A stretch of 63,622 bases of DNA, filler included, from Folioceros fuciformis (Eukaryota): assembly GCA_049999805.1 (NCBI GenBank). It is 9 parts of 9 records of this genome, joined end to end, with 100 filler letters (N's around TTAATTAATTAA, not from the genome) between each part and the next. Parts side by side here need not be neighbours in the genome. Positions count along the whole stretch, not along the records: positions 1 to 10,831 come from JBNGIO010004390.1; 8 more parts are not named here. One strand, given 5' to 3'. The notes beneath the pieces are model-generated. The model ran no database searches. It saw only the letters and a list, made by a program, of their open reading frames with translations, and was not told the origin of the DNA. Made by a program: the position numbers and the translations under genes. Below, one piece after another: positions 1 to 10,931 of the stretch (positions within the stretch are counted from its first letter, which is position 1; every line of letters begins with the position of its first letter).

Positions 1-60
1 GGGCTATAAGGGCAGCCCTCAATTATGAGGAGTCTCATCCGTGGGGCAAAGGGAGATCCA

Positions 61-119
61 AGAAGGACAAGGAGAGAGTGAGGGAGAAGGACAAGGAGAG
101 AGTGAGGGAGAAGGACAAG
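61..119. repeat. 24-bp purine-rich tandem repeat (about 2.5 copies)
   Basis: AGAAGGACAAGGAGAGAGTGAGGG at 61-84 and 85-108, partial third copy. Confidence 0.85.
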
Positions 120-386
120 AAGAAGAACAGAATGGCTTTGATTCCATAAAGGTTGGACTAAGATCGATACATTGGAAGTCGAGATGACTGAAAAAAAGGC
201 AAGAAGAATAATAATTATTGAGACCATGTGGCCTACTTGAAAGAACGTGGGGACATCCGTTGGTGGTGTCCCGTAACTATCTTTGGGTCACGACCCTCAA
301 CGGCATCGATAGGGATGTAACGATTACTATCCGATGCCCTAATTAATTAATGTTATTGTTTCGTTTAATGCTGGATATATATATAT

Positions 387-2053
387 TTAGTAAATACTTA
401 TTTCTACCTTTAGTGCTGAAGATGGAGGTCGCTCCACCTTCCGACAGTAACTCTGTGGAGACAACGTGAGCTGACGTTTCTTCTCCACTTCTCTCGCCTG
501 CAAGCCCTTCAGCAACGCTGCAAGCCTGACTTTTTTTGCAGCCCGCTCAATAATCTCTACCGACAGTTCCTCCACCTCTCGTTCTGTCTCCTCTCGCAGC
601 CTACGCAGCTCCTCCTTGGAAAATCTATGTGTCTGCAACAAATTCCACTGAGGTGGCAGCGAACTCTAATCACCGCCACAAAATTCCTCCTCTGCTCCAA
701 CCAGCGCGTCTTGCGCTGCTTCCTGCTCCCACTCTTTGCTGCATTCCTCCTCCCCCGGTCCTTTATCTTGCTCGATCCTTTCTGACGCCTACGGTTTCGT
801 AACCGTTTTTTGCTCCCCCCTTGCCAACCCCTTATTGGCACTGCTCACCTCTTGCGATGAAGAGCTATACTCCAGTAATCATCTTCACCTCGGCCTTGGC
901 AGTGTTGCTGGCGAAGCCTCTTCCTGCACCACCTTTGTATCTGCAGCCGCGGGTGTGACTACCGAGGGTGCAAGCTTTGCTCACGACTTGGGTTCTTCTT
1001 CCACTGCGTGCGCCACAATAGAACCTCCCGCTAACAGCCCACCAGTCATAACAGTCGTCAGTGCTGCTGCCGGCACTTTCTTCAAGAATTCACCTCCCAC
1101 TCCTATTGCCGCAATTGGCGCAAAATACTCTGGCGCTGCGCCTTCCCCACCTGCTGTCAGCACCACGGCAAGATTCCTTCCTGCCTGTGCATCTCTCTCG
1201 CCCGCTGCCGACATTGCCGAAGAATCTTTTCCTGCAAAAACATCTCCCTTCGACATGCGCTCCTTCCGCGCTGAAATGTCCTCCTTCGACAACCTGTCCT
1301 CCTTAGGTGTATCTTCCCTGCAGGCTAACAATGTTGTCACAAAATTCCCCTCCGCTGTCGCAGTCTCCTTCTCCTTTGTCACCATCACTAGGGAACCCTC
1401 TCTCGGTAGTTTGCCTCCGACCCCTCCCACCAACGCTGTCGGAAGGGCTCCTGGTAGAAACCCACCTTCCTCTCCTACTCCGTGCGCTTTTGGCGCATCA
1501 CCTTGTAGCAGCCCATTCTCCTCTCCAGACTCGCACACGCCCTCCTTCTCGTTTCTTGGCAGCACTGCGGCCTTTTCGACCTCCTGAACTGTAGGCGGAG
1601 CGCTTCTTGCAAACTCAGCCTCACCTTCTTGCTCGCATGCGGTCGGCGGCAGCTCCTTCAACAAAGCCTCTCCACAATCACACTGCCTCTTTTTCTCTTG
1701 CTCGTGATTCGTCAAAATGATGACATCCGCTTCTCCAAACTTCTTCGTGCCAGCTTTTCCCTCTCCTCCTGACCGAGCTAGAACCGGACTACTTGTCACT
1801 GTAGGCAGTACAGAAGGTCCGCATATTTTTGTCACCGCATCGCTTAGCCTTTCTAACCTAGGGCTCAGGCCGCACCTGAGCCTCTCCAATTCCGCCTTCT
1901 GCTCTTCAACCTGCTGGAGAAGCTGAGCCTTAGTGACTCTGCCGGCAGCCGCTGCTCCAAAGCGACCTTTCGCCTGTCTTTTGCTGCCCTAGAAGCTCCC
2001 GAACCCCTTGCAGACTCCTTCCCCTTGCCTGCCATAGCCACGTCTTCCACCAC
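387..2053 (-). pseudogene. Frameshifted low-complexity/coiled-coil ORF, probably a retrotransposon accessory ORF
   Basis: Minus-strand ORFs 1865-2053, 981-1889, 557-841 and 387-641 roughly tile one E/K/A/G-rich reading ending in a heptad-like segment (LRRLREETEREVEELSVEI); no recognisable domain. Confidence 0.3.
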
Positions 2054-3132
2054 CTTGCTCTCTTCGCAAAGTTTTCCACATGCTCAATCTCGCTACCTCA
2101 CAGTCCATCGTCTTAAATTCCCTCTCCAGTACCATGGCACAAACCCCCTCTCTCTTCATCTTTCAATAAGATGAAAGAAAACTATGCTCATACCCAACTC
2201 GACACATCTTGACCTTAGCAATCTCTCCACCCCAAACAAAACTTTTCAGTAACACTTGCTTCACTAACACTCTTACAATCTCCCTAACCTGCCCACTGCC
2301 TAGCCTTTCCCCTCAATCACATTCTCAAATTCTCCAAGCATCCTTCAAACGTCAACAAGGCCATCCATTCAATCACAAAACTGACAAGATAACCTGAACA
2401 GCACTTTGAAACACCGCCACAACACTCTCACCTAGCCACTCTTTTCTTAAGCGAAACTCTTTGTTCTCTAAACATAAGAAACCCATGCACACACTCAACT
2501 TCCAACATTCAAGAGTCGAAACATTCTTTTGATAGTGACAAGTTTGAAGATATTAGTCCGATGATGCTCCGTGTCATGCCATTGCAACGCTTTCCTATTC
2601 TCTAACGTGTGCAAATGCTGATTAACAACACAGAACCTTTGATTCAATTGTTCAGTTCAATACAAGCTTCTTGGTTACAATCGCTCATTGCAAAAACACT
2701 AAGCGCGTCGCCGCTCATCAACCTTTCTAAGCAAACTATCAAAAGAATGTTCGATCATTCTTTCTTTATCACTATATACCTACAAATACCATTACCAACC
2801 ACTTGAATGGTGATTTCCAAGCCGTTATAAACTGTCTACAAAGTTAACCAACAAAAACCCTACTCTTCAACCGTTCCTATGCGAGAACTTTTTCTTGCCA
2901 ATTGTCTCTTTAGTCAAAACGTAAGGGATTACCCCTTTCTGTCAGCGTATTCGTCCCAAACAAACAGCTTTCGCAGTTGCGACCGGCATAGAAAGTTCTC
3001 ACAGATGGAAAACTCTAACAGACTTTCTAAGTCATGACAGCCTCAAGCCTAGAGGTTTCAACAAAGACGTTGGGGGCCTCAAGCCCACAAGTAGCCAAAA
3101 AGATCTTGGGGGTCTAAAGCCCTCAAGCCTTG

Positions 3133-3243
3133 AACTCCGACTCCAACTCCGACTCTGATTCGAACTTTGACTCCGACTCCGACTCTGATTCGGACTTCAA
3201 CTTCGACTCCGACTCTGATTCAAACTCTGACTGCGACTCTGAT
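3133..3243. repeat. Degenerate hexamer tandem repeat (ACTCCG/ACTCTG)
   Basis: Runs of actccg-actctg-attcga visible directly. Confidence 0.8.
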
Positions 3244-3468
3244 TAGTTAGAGATGCATATGCGGAAGCGTCTTGCATCAAGCAGATGCTTTATTAACAAT
3301 AATATGTTTGGTTCATAGGTGGGCTTATAAAGGATGGTTACGAGGGGGTGTGTCCTTTCACTAGGCTGCTAGTTAACTAACTACCAACTAGCTAAGTCTA
3401 GTTTGATTAATCCACATTGGGTCTGGTCTAGTCGACCTTAACCAACGTAGTCTGCACTATTTCTAACT
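3240..3468 (-). repeat. Putative 3' LTR of the older minus-strand copia
   Basis: On the minus strand a purine tract (GAGAAGGAG, ~3469-3477) is followed by AGTTAG..., then TATAA and AATAAA, ending ...TAATCA; lies downstream of that element's RNase H stop; no partner LTR in window. Confidence 0.45.
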
Positions 3469-3694
3469 CTCCTTCTCAGACACGTTGAGTTATCTGAGAT
3501 CTCCGTAAAACAAAAGGAGACCACTCATTGTCGGAGTCTTGCAATGTGCTACAGTCTTCCCCTCGCCTGTCTCAACTCGCGGTCGTACTCCCTCGCCCTA
3601 AGGCTGGCTCTCCGGCGGCTCACGGAGTAGTACACCGGTTGTGGCCAGGGCAGAAGCAAGCTGTCTGCAACAACTGTCAACTTCAAGTGATGGA

Positions 3695-3795
3695 ACAAAA
3701 GATGATAAGCCTCACCATATGAGTGACTTGTCTAGCGTCATAAAGCTACTACAGTCTACTAATCCAAGCCCTTCTCTATGCAAGCAGTGTTTAAA
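3695..3795. repeat. Left copy of ~101-bp duplication flanking the copia insertion
   Basis: ACAAAAGATGATAAGCC...GCAGTGTTTAAA, repeated at 9715-9815 with one mismatch (3778 A vs 9798 G). Confidence 0.95.
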
Positions 3796-3938
3796 TGTTG
3801 GAAATTAAACCCCGTTAGGGTTAGCGTTTCGTTTATGTCATAATTAAGCGAATAGCCACTTAGCGAATAGTTACGACGTTTCAGGAAAACACCTTAAAAA
3901 CCCTTGTTGCAATTTCCTGAAAATTAATTAACCTGATA
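3796..3938 (+). repeat. 5' LTR (143 bp, TG...TA)
   Basis: TGTTGGAAATT...AACCTGATA, identical to 9572-9714. Confidence 0.95.
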
Positions 3939-3950
3939 TGGTATCAGAGC
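3939..3950 (+). promoter_or_regulatory. Primer binding site (tRNA-iMet)
   Basis: TGGTATCAGAGC immediately after the 5' LTR. Confidence 0.95.
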
Positions 3951-4597
3951 ACATCTAATCCTACAATTTTTTTTTTATCACCTTCCGCTACAATAACAAT
4001 GAAGACAAGGCACTTATACAATCTCTGGTCCTAGCCGCTCTCTTCAGGAGAGCATTTAGAGCAAAAGGGGACCAGACAATGTTCTTGTCTCGACCGCGGC
4101 GGTGAGGATGTGTCTCGTCCGAGTGAACCTTCAGGCGGTTGTTTCCTTTTGACATGACATCAAGAACGAACGGCAAAGCAAGGCGCCTGTCTGTGTTGTG
4201 CTTTTTTTGTCGCNNNNNNNNNNNNNNNNNNNNNNNNNNNNNNNNNNNNNNNNNNNNNNNNNNNNNNNNNNNNNNNNNNNNNNNNNNNNNNNNNNNNNNN
4301 NNNNNNNNNNNNNTCGTAGCCGCCTGATCCTGCACATGAATTCATGAATGAAAACCCTCCACGCTGTCTGCAGATGTGAAAATTCGTCAGCGGAGAAGGT
4401 TAGCTCCATGCGATTGCTGATCGCCTGCAGCTAATTCCTCCCTGAAAACGGTTTTGCACATCTGCCGTTTTTTTTTTTCTGGCGCTGTCGATCCCGTGTT
4501 TCCGATTGTTTCTCTCTGAGGTGACCAATGTGAGGTTGTCGGCCTGATCAATTGACATATCTCCCATTTTGCTCCCTCAGATTAACAGTCAAACACG

Positions 4598-5359
4598 ATG
4601 TCAGTCGAGCGCCGACGCGGAGGGCAAGGTGATCTCAGTGCAGGAGGAGGAGGCTTTGGAGAAGGTGGCAGCGGGAGCGCGGGAGGCACTCCAGACAGTT
4701 CTCCCCCTCCGACTCCCTCTGCCGTCTTACCTCAGCCTACTTATGTTGCTGAATTCAAAGAGCGTGATCGCTTCAATGGTACCAAGTTTGAAAGCTGGCG
4801 TGTTCGTATGACTGCAGCCCTGCAAGCAAGACATGTGTGGGGTGTGGTAGATGGGACAATTACGAAGCCGTCAATAACTTCCACATCAGAGGAGAAATCA
4901 AGGTGGGAGAACCTGAATAGTGTCGCTCGTGCGGTATTGATCAGTGGTCTCGATGAAGTTCTCCTCCCAGATGTGGCATTTATTTCTAAGGCTGAGGACA
5001 TATGGAACCAACTGCTGCAAACTTATGAAGTAAAGAACATTCTCACCATGTGTGCTGTGAGAGGCGAGCTCTTTTCTCTACGACTCAAAGAGGGAGAAAA
5101 AGTTTCACCTTTCATTCTTCGTTTTCGTCAGCTTCGAGCACAATTGATCCATCTGGGTTCATCGTTTCCCGATTTGGATGCTGTTGCTCAGTTACTTACT
5201 AGTCTGCCTCCTAGCTACCAACCGTTCGTGTCCAGCTATGGGTCTACCCTCCGTGAAGCTGACAGAGCTGTTGCCTTAGGTCTTCCTTCGCGCATCAATT
5301 TCACTGATGTGGTCGGTGCTTTGCTGCAAGAGGAGCAAAGCCGTGTTAGTTCCACATAG
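4598..5359 (+). CDS. gag: Copia Gag, N-terminal/capsid-like (UBN2-type) part
   Basis: FNGTKFESWRVRM, WGVVDG, LLTSLPPSY, LLQEE motifs; ends at an in-frame TAG. Confidence 0.9.
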   Translation: MSVERRRGGQGDLSAGGGGFGEGGSGSAGGTPDSSPPPTPSAVLPQPTYVAEFKERDRFNGTKFESWRVRMTAALQARHVWGVVDGTITKPSITSTSEEKSRWENLNSVARAVLISGLDEVLLPDVAFISKAEDIWNQLLQTYEVKNILTMCAVRGELFSLRLKEGEKVSPFILRFRQLRAQLIHLGSSFPDLDAVAQLLTSLPPSYQPFVSSYGSTLREADRAVALGLPSRINFTDVVGALLQEEQSRVSST

Positions 5360-5362
5360 CAT

Positions 5363-8300
5363 ATGGGACGCACAAAACTTGACAAGGTCCTGTATGCTAA
5401 GAACAAGAACACGCGAGGCAGATTTTCACCTGGTGCTTCAACTTCGAAGCCTTCAACTTCCCAGAAACGAGTAGGTGCATGCAATTGGTGCGGTATCCAA
5501 GGACACTGGGAAAGAGAATGTAGGAAGAAGAAATCTGGTGAGCCCCGTCGAGTTGAGAAGCCTGTTCGTCCGGCTGAAGCTCATGTGACTGCAACCCGAG
5601 ATCGTTCTTCTTCCCTTTCCAGCAAACCTCCCGTTGTGATGACGGTTTGCTTGGCCTCCTCTCTCCCATCTCTTCCACACGTTTGGTACCTAGATTCAGG
5701 TGCAACGTCACACATTTGCAATGATAAATCGCTATTTACTCACTACCGGTCCTCATCTTTACGAGATAAGGTCCTCTTGGGTGATGAGATAACACGGACA
5801 GGTCTGTCCATCAGGGGGAGTGGCACTTGCCGTTTTCGTCTTCTTGATGGCTCAGTCCTTTACTTGGATCATGTGTTGCATGTTCCTCATATGGCTAAGA
5901 ATCTCCTTTCTGTTAGCCAGCTTCTATCCTTGCATCAGCTTGACCTGTACTTCACTGCCACAGGATGTGTGTTAGTGAAGAAAGGGGGAGATAGACAAGA
6001 GGTCGTTGCTGATGGCAAATTAGTGCATGATCTTTATCAGATGAATCTGACATGCGTAACTAGGGATTCGGTCAATTTAGCACATCTTTCTCAAGCTGCT
6101 GTTGCCAGTCTTTGGCATGCCAGATTAGGTCATGCTAACCGTGATAAACTGATTAGGCTTTCTGGTCTTACCTGTTATAGGGAACCCCTGCCAAAATGTT
6201 TCCAGGATCTTCCTTTGTGCGATGCATGCGTAGTTGCTAAACAAAAGGAGCTCCCCTTCCCTAGAACTGTCGCTCATCGTGCATCCAGTGTGTTAGAGTT
6301 GGTGCACGCTGATATATCTGGTAAGATACATATTCCTAGTTTGGGAGGAGCCCAGTACTACTTTACACTTACGGATGATTATAGCAGGTATTCATGGACT
6401 TACCCCATCCGGTTGAAGTCCGATACTTTCAGTGTTTTTAAGGACTGGCTGCCTGTTGTTCAGAAGCAAACTGGTTGTTCCTTGAAGTGCCTCCGATCAG
6501 ACAACGGGACAGAGTTCGTACACTCTCACTTTACCCAATTCCTTACTGATCATGGCATACTTCGGCAGTTGATTATTCCCTACACCCAGCAACAGAACGG
6601 GGTTGCGGAAAGACGAAATCAAACACTGCTTGGAATGACAAGGAGTATGCTTGAGTGGTCAGGATTAAGTAAAGGTTTCTGGGCAGAGGCAGTGGTAACC
6701 GCAACTTACATCCTCAATCGTTTGTTAACAAAGGCAGTGGTAGATAAGACACCTTTTGAGGTTGTCTGGCGGCAAAAGCCTAGTCTCCTCCATCTTCGTG
6801 TCTTCGGTTCTCCCGCTTACGCCTATATTCCAAAGAACAAACGGAAGAAATTGGAAGCCAGAGGGAAGCCACTTATATTTGTCGGATATGGAGAAGAGGT
6901 GAAAGCCTACAAGCTATACGATACCTTTTCCAAGGAAGCCGTTTATGCTCGAAGTGTAACCTTTAAGGAAATTATCGTACCTGCTAAACCGTTCTTCGAT
7001 TCTCTGCCACATAACCAGTCTTCTGTTGAACATATCGATGCTTTTGAGGATGAAGATGTTTCAGAGTATCCTTCAGATGATTCCCCTGCTACTTCTGTAC
7101 CTGGTTCCTTGGGGCCAGATACATCTGCAGTTTTCTCTGAAGAACAGGACTCCTCTTACTTACCACAATTAGAAAGGGAAATTGCTGGTTCCCAAGTTGG
7201 TATGGCTGATGTTTTAGATCAGCCACATGCATCTGAGCAGGATCAAGCCGCGACGGGTATACCTACCTCCTCCTTCACATCTGATGCCCATTCAGATGTT
7301 CCTCCAGATGCTTCACCTGCTATACCGTCTGAGGAGCCTCCCCATGCTACAATTCCTGTGGTAATTCCACCATCCATGGATGCCACTGAATCAAGATATC
7401 CTCGTCGGTCTCGTCCACCTCCTTCAGAGTGGGTGGAGCCACCATATGCCTCAATTGATTTTCGTCATTCAAGAGCTGGCGTTGCTTTGCTGGATTCTGC
7501 TGAGCAACCCTTTTCTAAGCTCGAACCTCGCACATATACCGAGGCCATTACAGGACTTGATAAACATCACTGGCAGCCGTCCATTCAAGATGAATATAAT
7601 TCACTCATCAAGAATTCCACTTGGGAGCTCTGTCCTCTTCCCGCAGGCAGAAAAGTTATTAGCTGCAAGTGGGTATTTAAACACAAACTTAACGCTGAAG
7701 GCCAGATTTCCAGATACAAGTCTTGCCTTGTTGCTCGCGGGTTTACTCAAATTCCTGGTGTGGATTTCACTGAAACCTTTAGTCCGGTTGTGAAAACCCA
7801 ATCTATACGCATGATCATTGCTCTTGCTGCTGCCTATGAATGGGATCTTCAACAAATGGACGTCTGTACGGCATTCCTGTATGGCGAGTTAGAAGAGGAT
7901 ATTTACATGCAGCAGCCCGAGGGCTTTGCGGATCCTGAACACCCAGATTGGGTCTGTCGACTAAAGAAGACCATCTACGGTTTAAAGCAGTCAGCACGGG
8001 AGTGGTATAAGGCCATCGACAAATACCTTAAGTCCATCGGCTTTATACAAAATCCTGGTGATGCTAATGTCTACTTGTACTCCCAGAATGGTAAACTGGT
8101 GATTTTGGCGTTGTACGTCGATGATGCCATTCTGGCTTCAAACAACCCTGAACTTTTAGCTTGGGTAAAGCAGATGCTGCACAGCAAATATGACATGAAA
8201 GACATCGGTCCACTTACTTTCGTTTTGGGGGTACAGTTGGTTCGTGAGCCAGCCTCTCGTACCATTTTTCTCCATCAGGCTAAGTATATTGCAGAGACTC

Positions 8301-9100
8301 TTCGACGATTTCATCTTGATTCTTCGAAGCCTGTTTCTACTCCTGGCCCAGTTGGTGCTAAGCTCTCTCGCAATCAGTGCCCTCAGACTGATGTAGATCG
8401 GCAAGCTATGTCTCCAGTGCCCTATCGCCATGCAGTTGGTTGTCTCAATTACATCAGCTGCTGGACTCGCCCGGACATCCAGTACTCGGTTAGTGTCGTT
8501 TCTCAATTTATGGACAATCCTGGAAAGGAGCACTGGGGTGCCGTTAAACGGATTTTGCGTTACCTGAAAGGCACTCAACAGTATGGGCTCTGCTTCCGGG
8601 GGCGATCTCGGGATCAGGCTCTGTGTGGTTTTGCCGATGCTGATTGGGCCACCGACCCTGATGCTCGTCGAAGCATCTCCGCATACTGTTTTCTTCTCTC
8701 CGATTCTGCTGTGCACTGGGCTGCAAAGAAACAAGCTAGTGTTGCCCTCTCCTCGACGGAAGCGGAATACAAATCCTTGACCGAAGCAGCCAAGGAGGCC
8801 ATTTGGGAACGCAGTTTCCTCAGTGGTTTAGGAGTTCTGCCATCTCAACCCACTGTGATCTCGTGTGACAATATGTCCACGATTGCTATGACTGCCAATC
8901 CGCGATTTCACGCAAGAACTAAGCACATCGAGGTGCATCACCATTTTATTCGCCACTCTGTGCAAGAAAAGGAAGTACAAATTGAGTATATCCCTACAGA
9001 GGAGAATCCTGCTGATCTTCTCACAAAATTTCTGCCTTCCTCTCTACATGCGCGACATGTGGCTACTCTGGGAGTCACAGATTTCTCTCTCGCGAGCTAA
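5363..9100 (+). CDS. pol: Copia zinc knuckle-protease-integrase-RT-RNase H polyprotein
   Basis: CNWCGIQGHWEREC, WYLDSGATSH, WHARLGH...CDAC, HAD/RSDNG/NGVAER, QMDV, YGLKQS, LYVDD, ADADWA, SSTEAEY, KHIEV, ADLLTK; same frame as gag. Confidence 0.97.
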   Translation: MGRTKLDKVLYAKNKNTRGRFSPGASTSKPSTSQKRVGACNWCGIQGHWERECRKKKSGEPRRVEKPVRPAEAHVTATRDRSSSLSSKPPVVMTVCLASSLPSLPHVWYLDSGATSHICNDKSLFTHYRSSSLRDKVLLGDEITRTGLSIRGSGTCRFRLLDGSVLYLDHVLHVPHMAKNLLSVSQLLSLHQLDLYFTATGCVLVKKGGDRQEVVADGKLVHDLYQMNLTCVTRDSVNLAHLSQAAVASLWHARLGHANRDKLIRLSGLTCYREPLPKCFQDLPLCDACVVAKQKELPFPRTVAHRASSVLELVHADISGKIHIPSLGGAQYYFTLTDDYSRYSWTYPIRLKSDTFSVFKDWLPVVQKQTGCSLKCLRSDNGTEFVHSHFTQFLTDHGILRQLIIPYTQQQNGVAERRNQTLLGMTRSMLEWSGLSKGFWAEAVVTATYILNRLLTKAVVDKTPFEVVWRQKPSLLHLRVFGSPAYAYIPKNKRKKLEARGKPLIFVGYGEEVKAYKLYDTFSKEAVYARSVTFKEIIVPAKPFFDSLPHNQSSVEHIDAFEDEDVSEYPSDDSPATSVPGSLGPDTSAVFSEEQDSSYLPQLEREIAGSQVGMADVLDQPHASEQDQAATGIPTSSFTSDAHSDVPPDASPAIPSEEPPHATIPVVIPPSMDATESRYPRRSRPPPSEWVEPPYASIDFRHSRAGVALLDSAEQPFSKLEPRTYTEAITGLDKHHWQPSIQDEYNSLIKNSTWELCPLPAGRKVISCKWVFKHKLNAEGQISRYKSCLVARGFTQIPGVDFTETFSPVVKTQSIRMIIALAAAYEWDLQQMDVCTAFLYGELEEDIYMQQPEGFADPEHPDWVCRLKKTIYGLKQSAREWYKAIDKYLKSIGFIQNPGDANVYLYSQNGKLVILALYVDDAILASNNPELLAWVKQMLHSKYDMKDIGPLTFVLGVQLVREPASRTIFLHQAKYIAETLRRFHLDSSKPVSTPGPVGAKLSRNQCPQTDVDRQAMSPVPYRHAVGCLNYISCWTRPDIQYSVSVVSQFMDNPGKEHWGAVKRILRYLKGTQQYGLCFRGRSRDQALCGFADADWATDPDARRSISAYCFLLSDSAVHWAAKKQASVALSSTEAEYKSLTEAAKEAIWERSFLSGLGVLPSQPTVISCDNMSTIAMTANPRFHARTKHIEVHHHFIRHSVQEKEVQIEYIPTEENPADLLTKFLPSSLHARHVATLGVTDFSLAS

Positions 9101-9571
9101 GTGATCCTTGGACAGCTGTGCGACTGCAGACTTTGGCGGATGAAGCTCTCCTTCAGATTGAATCGCCATCTTCCTGCAGTCCTCGGTGTTCTGCTGCACG
9201 TCTTGGAGTCTTCGGCAGCGGACATCCTGCTGCTTGCTTCAGCTGATGCTTCAGTTGGAGCTCTTCCACCGTTTTCTCAGCCCCTGCAGTTCTGGTTTTA
9301 CGCTTCAGTGACAGCATGCACATCAGCTGGATTTTCCATCCCGCTGCTCTCCATCTCTACTCCATCGTGCACGTCTTCTCCACATTATGCTGTGCTTTGC
9401 GTCGCTCGTGCTGTGGTTGTGTCGTGCCAGGCTGTGCATTCTTTCCCTGTTGCTGGTGAAGGATGTATATTGCGATTGCCAGGACGCACAGGTTCAGAAT
9501 GACGAGGAGTGTTTCTCCCATTCTGCTCTCGCGTTTCCGTCGCTAACCTGGCCGATTCGCTTACGGGGGCG

Positions 9572-9714
9572 TGTTGGAAATTAAACCCCGTTAGGGTTAG
9601 CGTTTCGTTTATGTCATAATTAAGCGAATAGCCACTTAGCGAATAGTTACGACGTTTCAGGAAAACACCTTAAAAACCCTTGTTGCAATTTCCTGAAAAT
9701 TAATTAACCTGATA
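9572..9714 (+). repeat. 3' LTR (143 bp)
   Basis: Identical to 3796-3938. Confidence 0.95.
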
Positions 9715-9815
9715 ACAAAAGATGATAAGCCTCACCATATGAGTGACTTGTCTAGCGTCATAAAGCTACTACAGTCTACTAATCCAAGCCCTTCTCTGTG
9801 CAAGCAGTGTTTAAA
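9715..9815. repeat. Right copy of ~101-bp flanking duplication
   Basis: Matches 3695-3795 at 100/101. Confidence 0.95.
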
Positions 9816-10831
9816 CTTGGGCAAGGTTTTGGTCAGCACATCTGCTGTGTTGTCGTCTGTTGGTACATATTGTACCTTTACTATTACCCTTTCTGCAGCA
9901 TCACGAATATAGTGATGTTGAATCTCTATGTGTTTTGTGCGTGCATGGAACACAGGGTTAGCAACTAAAGCAATTGCTGACATGTTATCACAGTTAAGTA
10001 TTGTTGGCCCTTCCTGCGTCATACCCAGATCCTCACATAGCTTCCTTTCCCATTCAGCCTCTTTGGTGGCTTCAGTGAGAGCCTTGTACTCCGATTCTGT
10101 TGATGAAAGTGATATGGCTGCTTGTTTTCTACAAGACCAATTAACAACAGTGGAGCCAGCAAGAAAGCAATATGCTGAGATACTTTTCCGGGTGTCAGCA
10201 TCCGAAGCCCAATCTGCATTCACATAATATGTAAGCAGGAGGCGCTTCTTTCCGCTAGGTTTGTAGCATAGGCCATAATTTTGAGTACCCTTGAGGTACC
10301 GCATGATGTGTTTGAGAGCAACCCAGTGATCCCTCCCTGGATTCTCTAAGAACTGAGCAACAACATTCACGGTGTTTGAGATGTCTGGTCTTGTCTGATT
10401 ACTCAAGAACATGAGAGTGCCAACTCCCATGCGGTAGGGCACAGTCTCCATCTCCTTCTTGTCCTCTTCTGCTTGAGGGCAGGAAGCAGATGAGAGCTTA
10501 ACACCAACGGCACCTAGTGTGGCTGCCACTCGTGCGTTCTCCAAGTTGAAACGTTTTAGCATACCAGCTACATATCGTCCTTGATGAAGATAAATAGCTC
10601 CAGTGCTATCTCTATGTACATGCATTCCAAGAATATATTTAACTTTGCCGAGATCCTTCATCTCGAATTCTTTGCTTCTTCAGCTTTTATCTTGTTGACC
10701 AATTCAACAGTATTGCCTTGAATAACTAAGTCATTGACATATAGGGCAACAAGTGCAAGTGAGCTATCCTGACGAAGTACATAGATGTTAGTATCTGCTT
10801 CACTTTGGACGAACCCCAACTTCTTGAGATA
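9732..10831 (-). pseudogene. pol: Older copia RT/RNase H (target of the nested insertion)
   Basis: MKDLG, TRPDI, RYLKGT, SSTESEY, KHIEIQHH, ADVLTK; catalytic YVDD reads YVND near 10735-10745; frame disrupted upstream of 10661. Confidence 0.92.
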
Positions 10832-10931
10832 NNNNNNNNNNNNNNNNNNNNNNNNNNNNNNNNNNNNNNNNNNNNTTAATTAATTAANNNNNNNNNNNNN
10901 NNNNNNNNNNNNNNNNNNNNNNNNNNNNNNN
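10832..10931. other. Artificial scaffold spacer
   Basis: N44-TTAATTAATTAA-N44, stops in all six frames. Confidence 0.98.

Larger units (their letters stand above)
3796..9714 (+). mobile_element. Full-length young Ty1/copia LTR retrotransposon nested in an older copia
   Basis: Identical 143-bp LTRs, tRNA-iMet PBS, gag-PR-IN-RT-RH order, G-rich PPT (ACGGGGGCG) before the 3' LTR; 100-N gap at 4214-4313 in the leader. Confidence 0.97.

Noticed and set aside
736-1587. 283-aa plus-strand ORF
   Set aside because: Ser/Pro/Phe-rich antisense shadow of the minus-strand E/K/G-rich ORF
3988-4409. ORFs spanning N gaps (also 21110-21566 and 53459-53729)
   Set aside because: Their length comes from Ns and the frame across gaps is undefined
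9101-9502. In-frame ORF after the pol stop as a Sirevirus-like env
   Set aside because: Short, no CARYYA readthrough context (TAA GTGATC), no recognisable env features
10876-10887. Recurrent TTAATTAATTAA palindrome
   Set aside because: Always centred in 44+44 Ns; a synthetic six-frame stop spacer, so adjacency across it has no meaning
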